From positions 1 through 64,000 of the forward strand of contig JBGAOA010000014.1 in the NCBI GenBank assembly GCA_044222065.1: DNA of 64,000 nucleotides. Direction: 5' to 3'. Of the stretch, positions 9,346 through 18,412 are shown piece after piece (positions within the stretch are counted from its first letter, which is position 1; every line of letters begins with the position of its first letter). The notes under the pieces were generated by a model. That model was not told where the DNA came from, searched no databases, and was given only the letters and a program-made list of their open reading frames with translations. The position numbers were made by a program, and so were the translations under genes. Origin of the DNA: Candidatus Eiseniibacteriota bacterium. Its GTDB lineage: Bacteria; Eisenbacteria; RBG-16-71-46.

Positions 9346-11751
9346 ATGAAGCACCGCTTCGCTCTCCAGGCCCGAGGCCTCGCGCCACTCGCTCTGGCGT
9401 TCGTCACCTTCGCGGGCTGCGGCAAGCCGCCCATCGTCCCGGTGGCCAACCAGCCGCCGACCGTGCGCCTGACGGGGGCGCCGCTCAGTCCGCTCCGGAG
9501 GGACGCGGTCAACTACGTCGTCACGATGAACTGGATCGGAAACGACCCCGACGGCCGCATCGTGCGCTACCTGTACGCCGTCGATCCGCCGCCGGACGGC
9601 GACACGGTGTGGACCGCGACCCAACGCAGCGAACAGGTCATCCCGTTCCGCGCGAGCGTTCCCGACACCGCGACCGGCGTCGCGGAGGATCCGCACGTGT
9701 TCGTGCTCAAGGCCGAGGACGATCGGCACGCGTTTTCGCCGCTCGTGACGCGGGCCTTCTTCGCCCGCACGCTCGCGCCCACGTTGCAGATCCTGTCGCC
9801 GCGGCCGGCGCCGAGCGGGCGGAAGTACGTGACGCCGTCGGTGCGCATCACGTGGGACGGCGACGATCCGGACGGCGTGTTCACGAAGAAGCCCGTGAAG
9901 TACCGCTACACGCTGCTCTCGAGTTCGACCGAATTCTCGCTCGCGCGCGCGCTCGCGCACGGCGGAGGCGACGATCTGCGGCGCTTCTACGCGGCGCGCC
10001 GGTGGGCGGGATGGGATTCGCTGCCGCCCGAGACGACTTGGGTGCAGTACACGAACCTCACGCCGAGCGAGGAGTACCTGTTCGCGGTCGTCGCGTTCGA
10101 CGAAGCCGGCGCGTATTCGCCGGTGTTCACGCGCTCGACGAACCTGCTGTACTTCCGCGTCACGTACGCCGGACAGAACAACCCGGCATTCACGGTGTGG
10201 AACGAGTTCTTCTACTACAGCGAAGAGACCGGAACGTGGGACCCGTTCAATCCGCGGCGCGTGATCCGGCTCGACATTCCCGCGGGGCGCCCGGTGACGG
10301 TGAACTGGCTCGCCCGCCCGACCGAAGGTGCGGAGATCCGCTGCTACCGGTGGGCGCTCGACCTCGTGGATCTCGAGGACGAGTCGGAACGCACCGGGCC
10401 GAACGATCTCGCGCACTGGAGCACTTGCAGCGCGAACGTGACGTCGGCGACGGTCGGGCCGTTCGAGCCCAGCCTCACGCCGCACCGCCTGTACGTCGAG
10501 GCCTACGACACGAACGACCTTCGAAGCCTCGCGGTCGTGGAATTCGTGATCGTGGGATTCACCGGTGAACACGACCTGCTCGTGGTGATGGATACGCGCC
10601 TCAAGCCGGACAACCGGCTCGCGGGCCAGTCGTGCGTCTCGCGCCCGACCGGGCAGTGGCCGACGCAGGCGGAACTCGACACGTTCCTGTTCGCGCGCGG
10701 CGGCAAGCCCTGGCGCTGCTATCCGGACGGCGTCGTCACGAGGCCGGGCCTGTTCGCCGGCTACCGCTTCGACACCCTGGGCACGCGCACGGGACAGGCG
10801 GCGCAGGGCTACCCGCTCCGCTACCTCGCCAACTACCGCAATGTGGTGTGGATCAGCGAGCCCGCGGGCACATTCAGCGCGAACGAGTCGGGCGACTCCC
10901 CGCTGCCGATGAACTCGCTGCGCTGGATGTGCAGCCCCAACCGGCAGAACACGCTCGCCACCTACCTGCAGATGGGCGGGCGGGTGTGGCTGCTCGGGGG
11001 CGCGGCGCTCAGCGCGTCGCTCGTTCCGTACGACAACACCGCGAACAACAACCTGCCCCCGATCTCGGGCATGCGTTTCTCCTTCGACTACGGCGAACTC
11101 GTGCCCTCGCGCATGACGTACGACGCGGCGCGCTGGCGGAGCGAAGTGCGCCCGATCGCGGCGACCCGCGTCGAACTGCGGCGGGACGCGGCGGCGCTCG
11201 GACGCCAGCAGTCGAATCCGTTCTACCTCGATCCGCTCCTGCCGGCGCGCCTGCAGCGGCACAGCGAGGCGGCGGGCGATTCCTTCCCACCGAACCGGAC
11301 GTTCAACAGCGGCGACTTCTACTACGAGACGATTCCCGTCGAGTACCTGAGTGCGCCGAACGACGTGCAGGAGGACGTGGATCCGTCTCCGCGCGAGTCG
11401 TGGGCGCCGGTGCTCGACACGCTGTACCGCTGCCTCGGTCCCACCGTGCTCGGCCCGGCGTACAACCCCGCGAACGCCTGCATGACCGTGTATCCGTCGC
11501 GCGACCTGTGGGGGGTCGGCGACTTTCCTTGGGGCCCGAGCGTGATCGCGACGGGCTTCGACGTGTGGAGCTGGCAGCGCACGCAGTGCCAGGGCGTGGT
11601 GGACTTCGTGCTGCAGCGCTTGTGGGGCCTCCCGAAATCGCCGGTCGTGTCGGCGAGTGCGCCGCCGCCGAACCCGGCGGCGCGCGTCGCCCGGACGATG
11701 CCCGTGCCGCTCGATGCCGCGCGTCCGGGCGTCGGGGCACGGCGTCGCTGA
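9346..11751 (+). CDS. Large orphan lipoprotein with FN3/Ig-like repeats (paralog 2)
   Basis: RBS GAGGAG; lipobox TFAGC; NQPPTVRLTGAPLSP, AELDTFLFARGG and FYLDPLLP blocks shared with paralog 1. Confidence 0.78.
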   Translation: MKHRFALQARGLAPLALAFVTFAGCGKPPIVPVANQPPTVRLTGAPLSPLRRDAVNYVVTMNWIGNDPDGRIVRYLYAVDPPPDGDTVWTATQRSEQVIPFRASVPDTATGVAEDPHVFVLKAEDDRHAFSPLVTRAFFARTLAPTLQILSPRPAPSGRKYVTPSVRITWDGDDPDGVFTKKPVKYRYTLLSSSTEFSLARALAHGGGDDLRRFYAARRWAGWDSLPPETTWVQYTNLTPSEEYLFAVVAFDEAGAYSPVFTRSTNLLYFRVTYAGQNNPAFTVWNEFFYYSEETGTWDPFNPRRVIRLDIPAGRPVTVNWLARPTEGAEIRCYRWALDLVDLEDESERTGPNDLAHWSTCSANVTSATVGPFEPSLTPHRLYVEAYDTNDLRSLAVVEFVIVGFTGEHDLLVVMDTRLKPDNRLAGQSCVSRPTGQWPTQAELDTFLFARGGKPWRCYPDGVVTRPGLFAGYRFDTLGTRTGQAAQGYPLRYLANYRNVVWISEPAGTFSANESGDSPLPMNSLRWMCSPNRQNTLATYLQMGGRVWLLGGAALSASLVPYDNTANNNLPPISGMRFSFDYGELVPSRMTYDAARWRSEVRPIAATRVELRRDAAALGRQQSNPFYLDPLLPARLQRHSEAAGDSFPPNRTFNSGDFYYETIPVEYLSAPNDVQEDVDPSPRESWAPVLDTLYRCLGPTVLGPAYNPANACMTVYPSRDLWGVGDFPWGPSVIATGFDVWSWQRTQCQGVVDFVLQRLWGLPKSPVVSASAPPPNPAARVARTMPVPLDAARPGVGARRR
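11541..11649 (+). repeat. Direct repeat copy 2
   Basis: Near-identical to 8947-9055. Confidence 0.9.
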
Positions 11752-11773
11752 GCGCGTCCGCCCGAAAACGAGA

Positions 11774-11803
11774 CGGCGGCGGAACCGTGAGGTTCCGCCG
11801 CCG
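11774..11803 (-). terminator. Rho-independent terminator (possibly bidirectional)
   Basis: CGGCGGCGGAACC-gtga-GGTTCCGCCGCCG 13-bp stem; TTTT follows on the minus strand; lies between convergent genes. Confidence 0.7.
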
Positions 11804-11836
11804 CGCGGTCGGCTCGTCGTGGGGACGCCCGGCCGA

Positions 11837-12139
11837 TTAGTTACCGCGCCGCTTGCGCGCAGCCGCGCCCAGTGCGAGGAGGCCGATGGACGTCAGCGCC
11901 ATCGTGCCGGGCTCGGGCACCGGTCTCGTGGGGTTTTCCTCCCCGGCAGGGCCCTGCGGACCCTGCTGTCCCGTGATCGTGGGGTTGCGGTTCGACGACC
12001 CCGACTGTCCCTGGACGCTCGGATCGTCCGACACGGTTCCGCGCTGGGGGTCGCCGTTCACACGGTTGCCCTGCACGTAGGCCAAAGCCGAACCGGCGGT
12101 CAGCGACACCAGTAGGACACTGAGAAGCAACTTCTTCAT
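11837..12139 (-). CDS. Small PEP-CTERM sorting domain protein
   Basis: Signal peptide MKKLLLSVLLVSLTAGSALA; low-complexity G/Q/S/P body; VPEPGTMALTSIGLLALGAAARKRR tail. Confidence 0.92.
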   Translation of the reverse strand: MKKLLLSVLLVSLTAGSALAYVQGNRVNGDPQRGTVSDDPSVQGQSGSSNRNPTITGQQGPQGPAGEENPTRPVPEPGTMALTSIGLLALGAAARKRRGN

Positions 12140-12198
12140 CGGAGGGGGCCTTTCTATCGAAATCGGGGGACAAGGGGACTCTGGTAGCCCGTCCCTTC

Positions 12199-12214
12199 CG
12201 CAAGCCGCGTGCCC
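12199..12214 (-). promoter_or_regulatory. sigma54-type -24/-12 promoter upstream of the PEP-CTERM gene
   Basis: GGGCACGCGGCTTGCG (GG-N10-GC with GGCAC and TTGC), about 60 nt upstream of the ATG. Confidence 0.6.
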
Positions 12215-12550
12215 GATCGGGGCCGATCTCGGAAGTGCCTCGAATTGCTGGGCTCCGGGGCTTCGTGCGCCACTACGCACGGGGGTGTGAGAGGCCGCCG
12301 GCTTCAAACCTGTCGGCGGGGCCGACGATTGGCGGGTTTTCTCGGGGTTCCGAAGGGCCCGGTGTCGGCGCGGCCGACACTTCGAGCCGGGCGCCCGCAG
12401 GCGCGCCGAACGGTCCCGTCCCGGCTCGTCCGGCGAACCGGCGATCGAGCGGGCGCGCGGCCCTCCGGCCGGGCTAGATTGCTCGGGTCCGCGGTCAATT
12501 GCCCCGAATCGGGGGGCGTCCGCCGCGGCCGATTCGCCCCGCGAGGAGCC

Positions 12551-12760
12551 ATGACCGACCGTCCCGAGCCGATGAAGCACGCCCCGCCCGCCGGGCTCTG
12601 CGAGCGCTGCCGCCACGCGCGCGCGGTCGAGACGCCGCGCAGCCTGTTCCTGTTGTGCGAACGCTCGGCGACCGATTCGCGCTACGCCCGGTACCCGCGG
12701 CTGCCCGTGCTGGAGTGCGGGGGATTCGAGGAGCGGACGGCGGACGCGCCCGGTCGCTGA
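12551..12760 (+). CDS. Small Cys-rich conserved hypothetical protein (possible Zn-binding)
   Basis: RBS GAGGAG; GLCERCRHAR...LCERS...RYPRLPVLEC, four Cys. Confidence 0.65.
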   Translation: MTDRPEPMKHAPPAGLCERCRHARAVETPRSLFLLCERSATDSRYARYPRLPVLECGGFEERTADAPGR

Positions 12761-12779
12761 ACCGGGCGCCTCCCGCGTC

Positions 12780-14786
12780 TCACGGCAACAGAACGAGTCT
12801 CCGCGTGAACGACACGCCGCGCGCGGCGAAGCGCGCGAAGTAGAGGCCGGCCTCGAGCGCCGCGCCGTCGTCGCGCCGCGCACTCCACGAGAGTTCGCGG
12901 TGGCCGGCGTCCGCGTGGCCGTTCCAGACCGTCGCGACGCGGCGGCCCGAGAGGTCGTAGACCTCGAGCGCCACGTCCGAGTCCTCGGGCACGTCGAAGC
13001 GGAACGTCGCGGTACCGCGCGCGGGATTGGGGCGCGGCGGCGCGAACGCGAGCCGCGCGGGCAGGCCCGGCTCGACGGCGTTGTTGACGTGCTGCACGTA
13101 CGCCGCGATCTCGAGCGTGAGCGGCGACTGCGCGGCCGCGCCCGGCAGCGGCTCGTCGGCGGTCGTGAACGTGAGCGTCGCGGTGTACGCGGTGTCGGTC
13201 GAAGCGCCGGTGTCGTCGAAGTGCACGTTCCACGTGCGCGCGGTGCCGGAGACGAGATCGGGCGTGAACCCGCCCGCGATCGAGAAGCGGCCGTCGCCGC
13301 CCGTGATCACGGCGTTCGCGACCGAGAGCCGCGCGGTGAGCGCGTTCCAGCCGCGGTTGTGCACGCGCACGGTCTGGTCGATGAACTCGCCGGGCGCGTG
13401 CGCGCCGAAGCGCACGGAGTCCGAGAGCACGGCGGCGAGCGAATCGAGCGACGGAGTGGCGTGCGCGAGCACGGTGCCCGAGAGCTGCACCGGCTTCGAG
13501 AGCGAGTCGCGATCGTCGGTCGTCATCGTGAGCGTGCCGCTCTTCACGCCGGTCGTGGCGCTCGCCATCGTGAGCGTGTGCAGGTTCGCCGCAGCACCCG
13601 CGTTCGCGACGAAGCCGCCGGCGGGCGCCGTGAACCCCGAGGGCGCGGCGAACGAGTAGTTGAGCTCGTCGGCGGGCACGGGCGCGGGATTCGAGACGGC
13701 GAGGTCCTGCGTCGCGGTCGCTCCGACGAGCACCGGGCCGAACGACACGGCGGACGCCGCCTGCACCTTGGCCGCGAGCTGGACGGTCGCGATCACCGGC
13801 AGGTGGTCCGACGCGAAGCGCAGCGCGGTCGCGACGTCGAGCGGCACCGCGGCGTTGAAGCCGCCGGCGTCGAGGTCGGTGTTGTAGTGGTTGCCGTCGT
13901 TGCCGTAGGCGTCCAGCGCGGTGAAGTCCACGCCCTCGCCGTCCTGCATCGAGTAGGACGACAGCCACAGGTCGAAGCGGTCGTCGAGCCCGCCGCCCGA
14001 GAAGCTGCCGCAGCCCGTCGCGCACGGGCACTGCGTGAAGTACGGCCCGTAGGTCGCGTTCACGTGCCAGACGCCCGGCAGGTTCAGCAGATCCTTGAGC
14101 CTTCCGTCGTTGTCGATCTGCGACTCCGTGAGCCGGATGAACGCGCCTTCGTACGCGCCGTAGATGTTGCTGTCGCCTCCGAACAGGATGTTCGTGTTCG
14201 CGGGCGCGAGGTTGAGCGTGCCGCGCGCGTCGGTCGCTTCGAGCCGGCGCGTCGTCGAGTCCACGGTCGCGGGCCCGCCGGCCTTGAAGTGCATCGAGTA
14301 GACGCGGAACGTCGCGGAGATGTTCGTGTAGCCCACGGGCGTCACGCGGCCGAGAAGGATGTCGCGCGGACCCGAGGTCGCGAACGTGCCGACGAAGCCG
14401 ACCGACACCTTCGCGGGCTTCCAGAAGATCGCGCCGCCTTCGGGGCTCGGACTCGCCTGCAGGTTGAAGAACGCGGTGCCGGTCCACTCGCCGGGTTCCA
14501 CGACGTCGAGGACGTTCGTCAGGAACGAATCGCGGCCCGCCTGGCTCAGCAGCTCCTGCACGACGAGCACGTCGGCGTCGATGTTCGCCATGACCTTGCG
14601 GAACTGCGGCTGGCGTCCCGCGAGGTTGTAGTCGGGATAGGCGAAGAGGTTCCACGACACGACGCGCAGCGCGTGCGCCGGCGCGGGGGTGATGGACGCG
14701 AGCGCCGCGATCAGCAGGAACGCCGCGGGGCGCGGCGCCAACTGGCGCTCACGCCCCGAGTGACGGATCCGGTTCCATCCGAACAT
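12780..14786 (-). CDS. Secreted endonuclease/exonuclease/phosphatase (EEP) with Ig-like domains and FlgD-like C-terminal domain (paralog A)
   Basis: VSWN...VQE...HFKA...GDSN...DRFD...SDHLPV EEP motifs; PNP...YDLSGRRVA...GLYF tail; RBS GGAGGA. Confidence 0.85.
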   Translation of the reverse strand: MFGWNRIRHSGRERQLAPRPAAFLLIAALASITPAPAHALRVVSWNLFAYPDYNLAGRQPQFRKVMANIDADVLVVQELLSQAGRDSFLTNVLDVVEPGEWTGTAFFNLQASPSPEGGAIFWKPAKVSVGFVGTFATSGPRDILLGRVTPVGYTNISATFRVYSMHFKAGGPATVDSTTRRLEATDARGTLNLAPANTNILFGGDSNIYGAYEGAFIRLTESQIDNDGRLKDLLNLPGVWHVNATYGPYFTQCPCATGCGSFSGGGLDDRFDLWLSSYSMQDGEGVDFTALDAYGNDGNHYNTDLDAGGFNAAVPLDVATALRFASDHLPVIATVQLAAKVQAASAVSFGPVLVGATATQDLAVSNPAPVPADELNYSFAAPSGFTAPAGGFVANAGAAANLHTLTMASATTGVKSGTLTMTTDDRDSLSKPVQLSGTVLAHATPSLDSLAAVLSDSVRFGAHAPGEFIDQTVRVHNRGWNALTARLSVANAVITGGDGRFSIAGGFTPDLVSGTARTWNVHFDDTGASTDTAYTATLTFTTADEPLPGAAAQSPLTLEIAAYVQHVNNAVEPGLPARLAFAPPRPNPARGTATFRFDVPEDSDVALEVYDLSGRRVATVWNGHADAGHRELSWSARRDDGAALEAGLYFARFAARGVSFTRRLVLLP

Positions 14787-14799
14787 CGAGGTCCTCCGG

Positions 14800-16788
14800 T
14801 CAGCGCACGACGGCGATGCGCAGGTTCGACTGCGGCACCCCGTCACCGCTCATGCGGATGAAGTAGAGCCCCGCGCCGACCGGGCGGCCCGAGGCGTCGG
14901 TGCCGTCCCAGCGCGCGGCGTACGAGCCGGGCGAGAAGTCGCCGTCCTCCAGCGTCGCGACGCGGCGGCCGGCGAGATCGAACGCCTCGAGACGCACATG
15001 CGCGCGGCTCGCGAGGTCGAAGCGCACGCGGCTGAAGCTCACGAGCGGGTTCGGCGCCGGCGCGTAGAGCCGTGTCACGCTCGGCGTCGAGCCGAGCTCG
15101 ACCGCGACCGAGCCCGAGACGACCTTCGCGCGCAGGTGATAGGCGACGTTCGGGCGCGCGCTCGCGCCCGGCAGCGCCTCGTCGGACGAGCCGAACGTGA
15201 GGTCGGCCTCGTACGTCTGGTCGAGCGTGGCGCCCGTGGCGTCGAACGCCACGGGGAAGCTTGCGGCGACGCCCGAGACGAGCGACGGGGCGAAGCCGCC
15301 CGGGATCGAGAAGCGCGCGGCATCGGCGCCGGTGATCGCGGCACTCGCGAGCGCGAGCCGCGCCTGCAGAGCGCCGAAGCCGGTGTTGTGCACGCGCGCG
15401 AGCCGGTTCGTGAAGGCGCCGATCTCGTGGTCGCCGAAGTCGAGCGAGCCCGCGACGACGACGCTCGCGGAGTCGAGGGACGGCACCGCGTGCGCGAGCA
15501 CCGTGCCCGAGAGCGCGACGTTCAGCGTGGCGTGCTCGGGGTCGTCGGTCGCGATCGCGAGGTTGCCCGCGTAGTTGCCGGGGACGGCCGCGTTGAAGCC
15601 GATCGCATCCGAACTCGAGGCGCCCTCGTTCACGTTGAGCGTGCCGGCCGGCGCGGTGAAGCCCGCGGGCGGTGTGAACGAGTAGGTGAGCTCGTCGAGC
15701 GAGTCGGCGGGCGCGTCGGCGTTCGAGACCGCGAGCGTTTGCGACGTGCTGCCGCCCGTGATGATCGAGCCGAGGGCGAGCAGCGCCGGCGCGCTCGCCC
15801 GCGAGGGCAGCTGGAAGTCCACGCGCACGGGCAGGTGATCGCTCGCGTTCCAGAGCGCCGTCGCGTACGCCGAGCCCTCGGGGATCGTCGGCGCGTCGTT
15901 GATGTTGAGGTTGTAGTGCAGGCCGTCGTTGCCGACGGGCTTGTAGGTGCTGACGATGAAGTCGAGCCCCTCGCCGTCGTTCCAGTTCGGCGTCGGCAGC
16001 AGCATGTCGAAGCGGTCGTCGAGTCCGCCGCCCGAGAAGCCGGAGCCGGTCGGGCACGTCAGACACGGGCACTGCGTGTGGTACTGCGCGTACGCGCCGT
16101 TGTTGAACGTGCCCGTCATGGTGATGACGTCGATGAGGCGGCCGTCGTTGTCGGCCTGCACCTCTTGCAGCTTCTGATACGCGCCCTCGGTGCTCGTGTA
16201 GATGTTGAAGTCGCCGAGCAGCACCGCGTGGGTCCCGGGCGTCATCGCGTTCATGCTGTCGCGGATGCCCGTCGCCTCGGCGAGGCGCTGCGCGACGTTG
16301 GTCGAGCCGGTCGACGCCTTGAGGTGCTGCGAGTAGATGCGGAATTCGGAGCCTGCGCCGCTCGTGCCGACGAGGCGGAGGCGGTAGCAGTTCACGTAGC
16401 GCAGCAGGTTCGCGGGATTCGGGTACCAGGCCCAGCCGCCGAGGAACTCGACGCGCGAGGGCTTGTAGAAGAGCGCGTTGTCCGTGTCGTTCCCGTTCGT
16501 GAACGGCGCCGACGCCCACTGCCCGGGCTCGATGACGTTCAGCACGTTGGTGCGGAACGAGTCCACGCCGGCCTGGCTCTGGAACTCCTGGCACGTGACG
16601 ATGTCGGCGCCGAGCGGCGCGAGCACCGTGCGGAAGTTCGGCTGGCGCTGCGCGAGCAGCACGCCGGGGTAGTTCGTGACGTTGTAGTTGACGAGGCGGA
16701 ACGCGCTCGCAGGCGCAGCGAGCGAGAGCGTCGCGAAAGACGCGAGGAACAGCGCGCCGAAGGCGCGCCCGAGGCGCATGGGGGCCAT
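14800..16788 (-). CDS. Secreted EEP-family protein with Ig-like and FlgD-like C-terminal domains (paralog B)
   Basis: NYNV...CQE...HLKAS...GDFN...DRFD...SDHLPV; PNP...FDLAGRRVATL...WDGTD...GLYF tail. Confidence 0.85.
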   Translation of the reverse strand: MAPMRLGRAFGALFLASFATLSLAAPASAFRLVNYNVTNYPGVLLAQRQPNFRTVLAPLGADIVTCQEFQSQAGVDSFRTNVLNVIEPGQWASAPFTNGNDTDNALFYKPSRVEFLGGWAWYPNPANLLRYVNCYRLRLVGTSGAGSEFRIYSQHLKASTGSTNVAQRLAEATGIRDSMNAMTPGTHAVLLGDFNIYTSTEGAYQKLQEVQADNDGRLIDVITMTGTFNNGAYAQYHTQCPCLTCPTGSGFSGGGLDDRFDMLLPTPNWNDGEGLDFIVSTYKPVGNDGLHYNLNINDAPTIPEGSAYATALWNASDHLPVRVDFQLPSRASAPALLALGSIITGGSTSQTLAVSNADAPADSLDELTYSFTPPAGFTAPAGTLNVNEGASSSDAIGFNAAVPGNYAGNLAIATDDPEHATLNVALSGTVLAHAVPSLDSASVVVAGSLDFGDHEIGAFTNRLARVHNTGFGALQARLALASAAITGADAARFSIPGGFAPSLVSGVAASFPVAFDATGATLDQTYEADLTFGSSDEALPGASARPNVAYHLRAKVVSGSVAVELGSTPSVTRLYAPAPNPLVSFSRVRFDLASRAHVRLEAFDLAGRRVATLEDGDFSPGSYAARWDGTDASGRPVGAGLYFIRMSGDGVPQSNLRIAVVR

Positions 16789-17024
16789 GGAAACTCCGTG
16801 CAGAGATGCAATGAGGCCAGCCGGCGCGGCGTCCGCGCTGAACCCCGGGGACCATTCGGCAAGGGGAGTGTCGCGCAAGATTGTAGCGACCGGCCGCGCG
16901 CGATTGCCAGCACGGCGGCGTTCCGGAGGCGCCGGGCGGGCGCCGGTCGTGCGTCTCGCACGGCCGCGCCCCCGGACGTCTCATCCCGCCCGGAGCGGGC
17001 GAGGGACGCCGCGAATCGCGGCGC

Positions 17025-17276
17025 TCAGGACGTTCCGACGTCCCGGACCATCGCCTTCGCGGCTTCCTTGCTGAGCGAGCGCCGCGGCAGCTCCAGCACC
17101 TCGACCGTGCGCGCGCCGAGCGCGCCCACGAGCGTGATGCGGTCGCCCGGCGCGACCGTGCGGCTCGGCTTCGAAGGCTCGCCGTTCAGGAGCGCCTCGC
17201 CGCGCTCGATCGCCGCCGCGGCCTGAGAGCGGCTCTTCAAGAGCCGGAGTTCGTGGAGCGCGACGTCGAAGCGCAC
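17025..17276 (-). CDS. S4 domain RNA-binding protein (Hsp15/YabO-like)
   Basis: GTG start; RFDVALHELRLLKSRSQAAAAIERG...NG...KPSRTV..GDRI is the S4 signature. Confidence 0.85.
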   Translation of the reverse strand: MRFDVALHELRLLKSRSQAAAAIERGEALLNGEPSKPSRTVAPGDRITLVGALGARTVEVLELPRRSLSKEAAKAMVRDVGTS

Positions 17277-17283
17277 GCCCGCC

Positions 17284-18357
17284 TCAGAGCCCGGCGCCCG
17301 CGCCGGGCAGCAGGCGCGCGACGAACGTCCAGCCCCACGCGAGCCCGAGCGAGAGCGCGGCGAGCACGAGCCACTGGAGCGCCGCCGCGGCGATCGGGCG
17401 CGCACCGGCCGAGGCGATGTCGCGAAGCCCGGTCGCGAGCCCGACGCCCGCCATGCCGATGCACAGCAGCCACAGGTCCACGCGACGCACGAGTTCGAGC
17501 GCGGGCTTCGGAACGACGCCGAACGAGTTGAGCGCGGCGAAGACGACGAACAGCACGAGGAACCACGGCACGGGCGCGACGCGCGCGGCGCCCGCGGCCT
17601 CGTGGTGGCGGCGCAGGCTCCACGCGAGCCACAGGACGGTCGGCGCGAGCAGCGTGATGCGCGCGAGCTTGACGACCGTCGCGAGCCGGCCCGCCTCGTC
17701 GCTGAAGCCGAAGCCCGCGGCGACGACCTGCGCCATCTCGTGCAGGCTCGCGCCGTCCCACACGCCGTAGAGCCGGTCGCTCAGCCCGAGCAGGCGGCCG
17801 ATCGGCGGGTAGAGCACGATGCCGATCGTGCCGAGCAGCGTGATCGTGCCGAGCGCGATCGCCGCGTCGCGCTTCTCGGCCTGGACGACGCTGTCGGCCG
17901 CGACGACGGCGGACGCGCCGCAGATCGCGCCGCCGACGCCGAGCAGCAGCCCGAGCTTGTGCGGCAGGCCGAGCCGCCCGGCGATCCAGATGCCGAACGC
18001 GAGCGCCGCGCCGGTCGAGAGCAGGACGACGAACAGCGCCGCGGGGCCGAGCGCCCAGATCTCGCCGAGGCTCAGCCGAAAGCCGAGGCCCGCAACCGCC
18101 CAGCGCAGCACCGGGCGCTGCGCGAAGCGCACGCCGGCCTCGGCCGCGGCGGGCAGCGGCGCGAGCGTGCGCCACGCGATCCCGAGCAGGATCACGAGCA
18201 GCAGCGGGCTCCAGCGCAGCGTGTCCTTGCCGAACGGCGTCCCGACGAGCGCGCTCGCGCACGCCGCGAGCAACAGCGTGAGGATTACGCCCGGCGCGAT
18301 CGCCGCCCACGACGCGGCGCCGGCGCGGGACGCCGGGGCGGACTCCGCGCCGCTCAC
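17284..18357 (-). CDS. yeiH: YeiH family putative sulfate exporter
   Basis: GGAICGASAVVAA, LHEMAQVVAAG, VKLARI and VPWF motifs; about 10 TM segments. Confidence 0.9.
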   Translation of the reverse strand: MSGAESAPASRAGAASWAAIAPGVILTLLLAACASALVGTPFGKDTLRWSPLLLVILLGIAWRTLAPLPAAAEAGVRFAQRPVLRWAVAGLGFRLSLGEIWALGPAALFVVLLSTGAALAFGIWIAGRLGLPHKLGLLLGVGGAICGASAVVAADSVVQAEKRDAAIALGTITLLGTIGIVLYPPIGRLLGLSDRLYGVWDGASLHEMAQVVAAGFGFSDEAGRLATVVKLARITLLAPTVLWLAWSLRRHHEAAGAARVAPVPWFLVLFVVFAALNSFGVVPKPALELVRRVDLWLLCIGMAGVGLATGLRDIASAGARPIAAAALQWLVLAALSLGLAWGWTFVARLLPGAGAGL

Positions 18358-18412
18358 GCGCGGGGGCCGCGGCGCCTGAGCGCGCGCCGCGGAGCGTCGG
18401 GGGCGTGGCGCA

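Noticed and set aside
3479..9388. Very long Arg/Ala-rich ORFs (1969 aa here; also 4216-8292, 23169-26252, 32035-35409, 48363-52073, 52288-55557, 59892-63554)
   Set aside because: These are shadow frames of real genes in high-GC DNA with few stop codons. Only the 3479-4396 portion of the first is a credible gene.
8947..11649. Repeat pair as template/variable regions of a diversity-generating retroelement
   Set aside because: There is no reverse transcriptase in the window, both copies are in-frame coding, and the mismatches are not adenine-specific.
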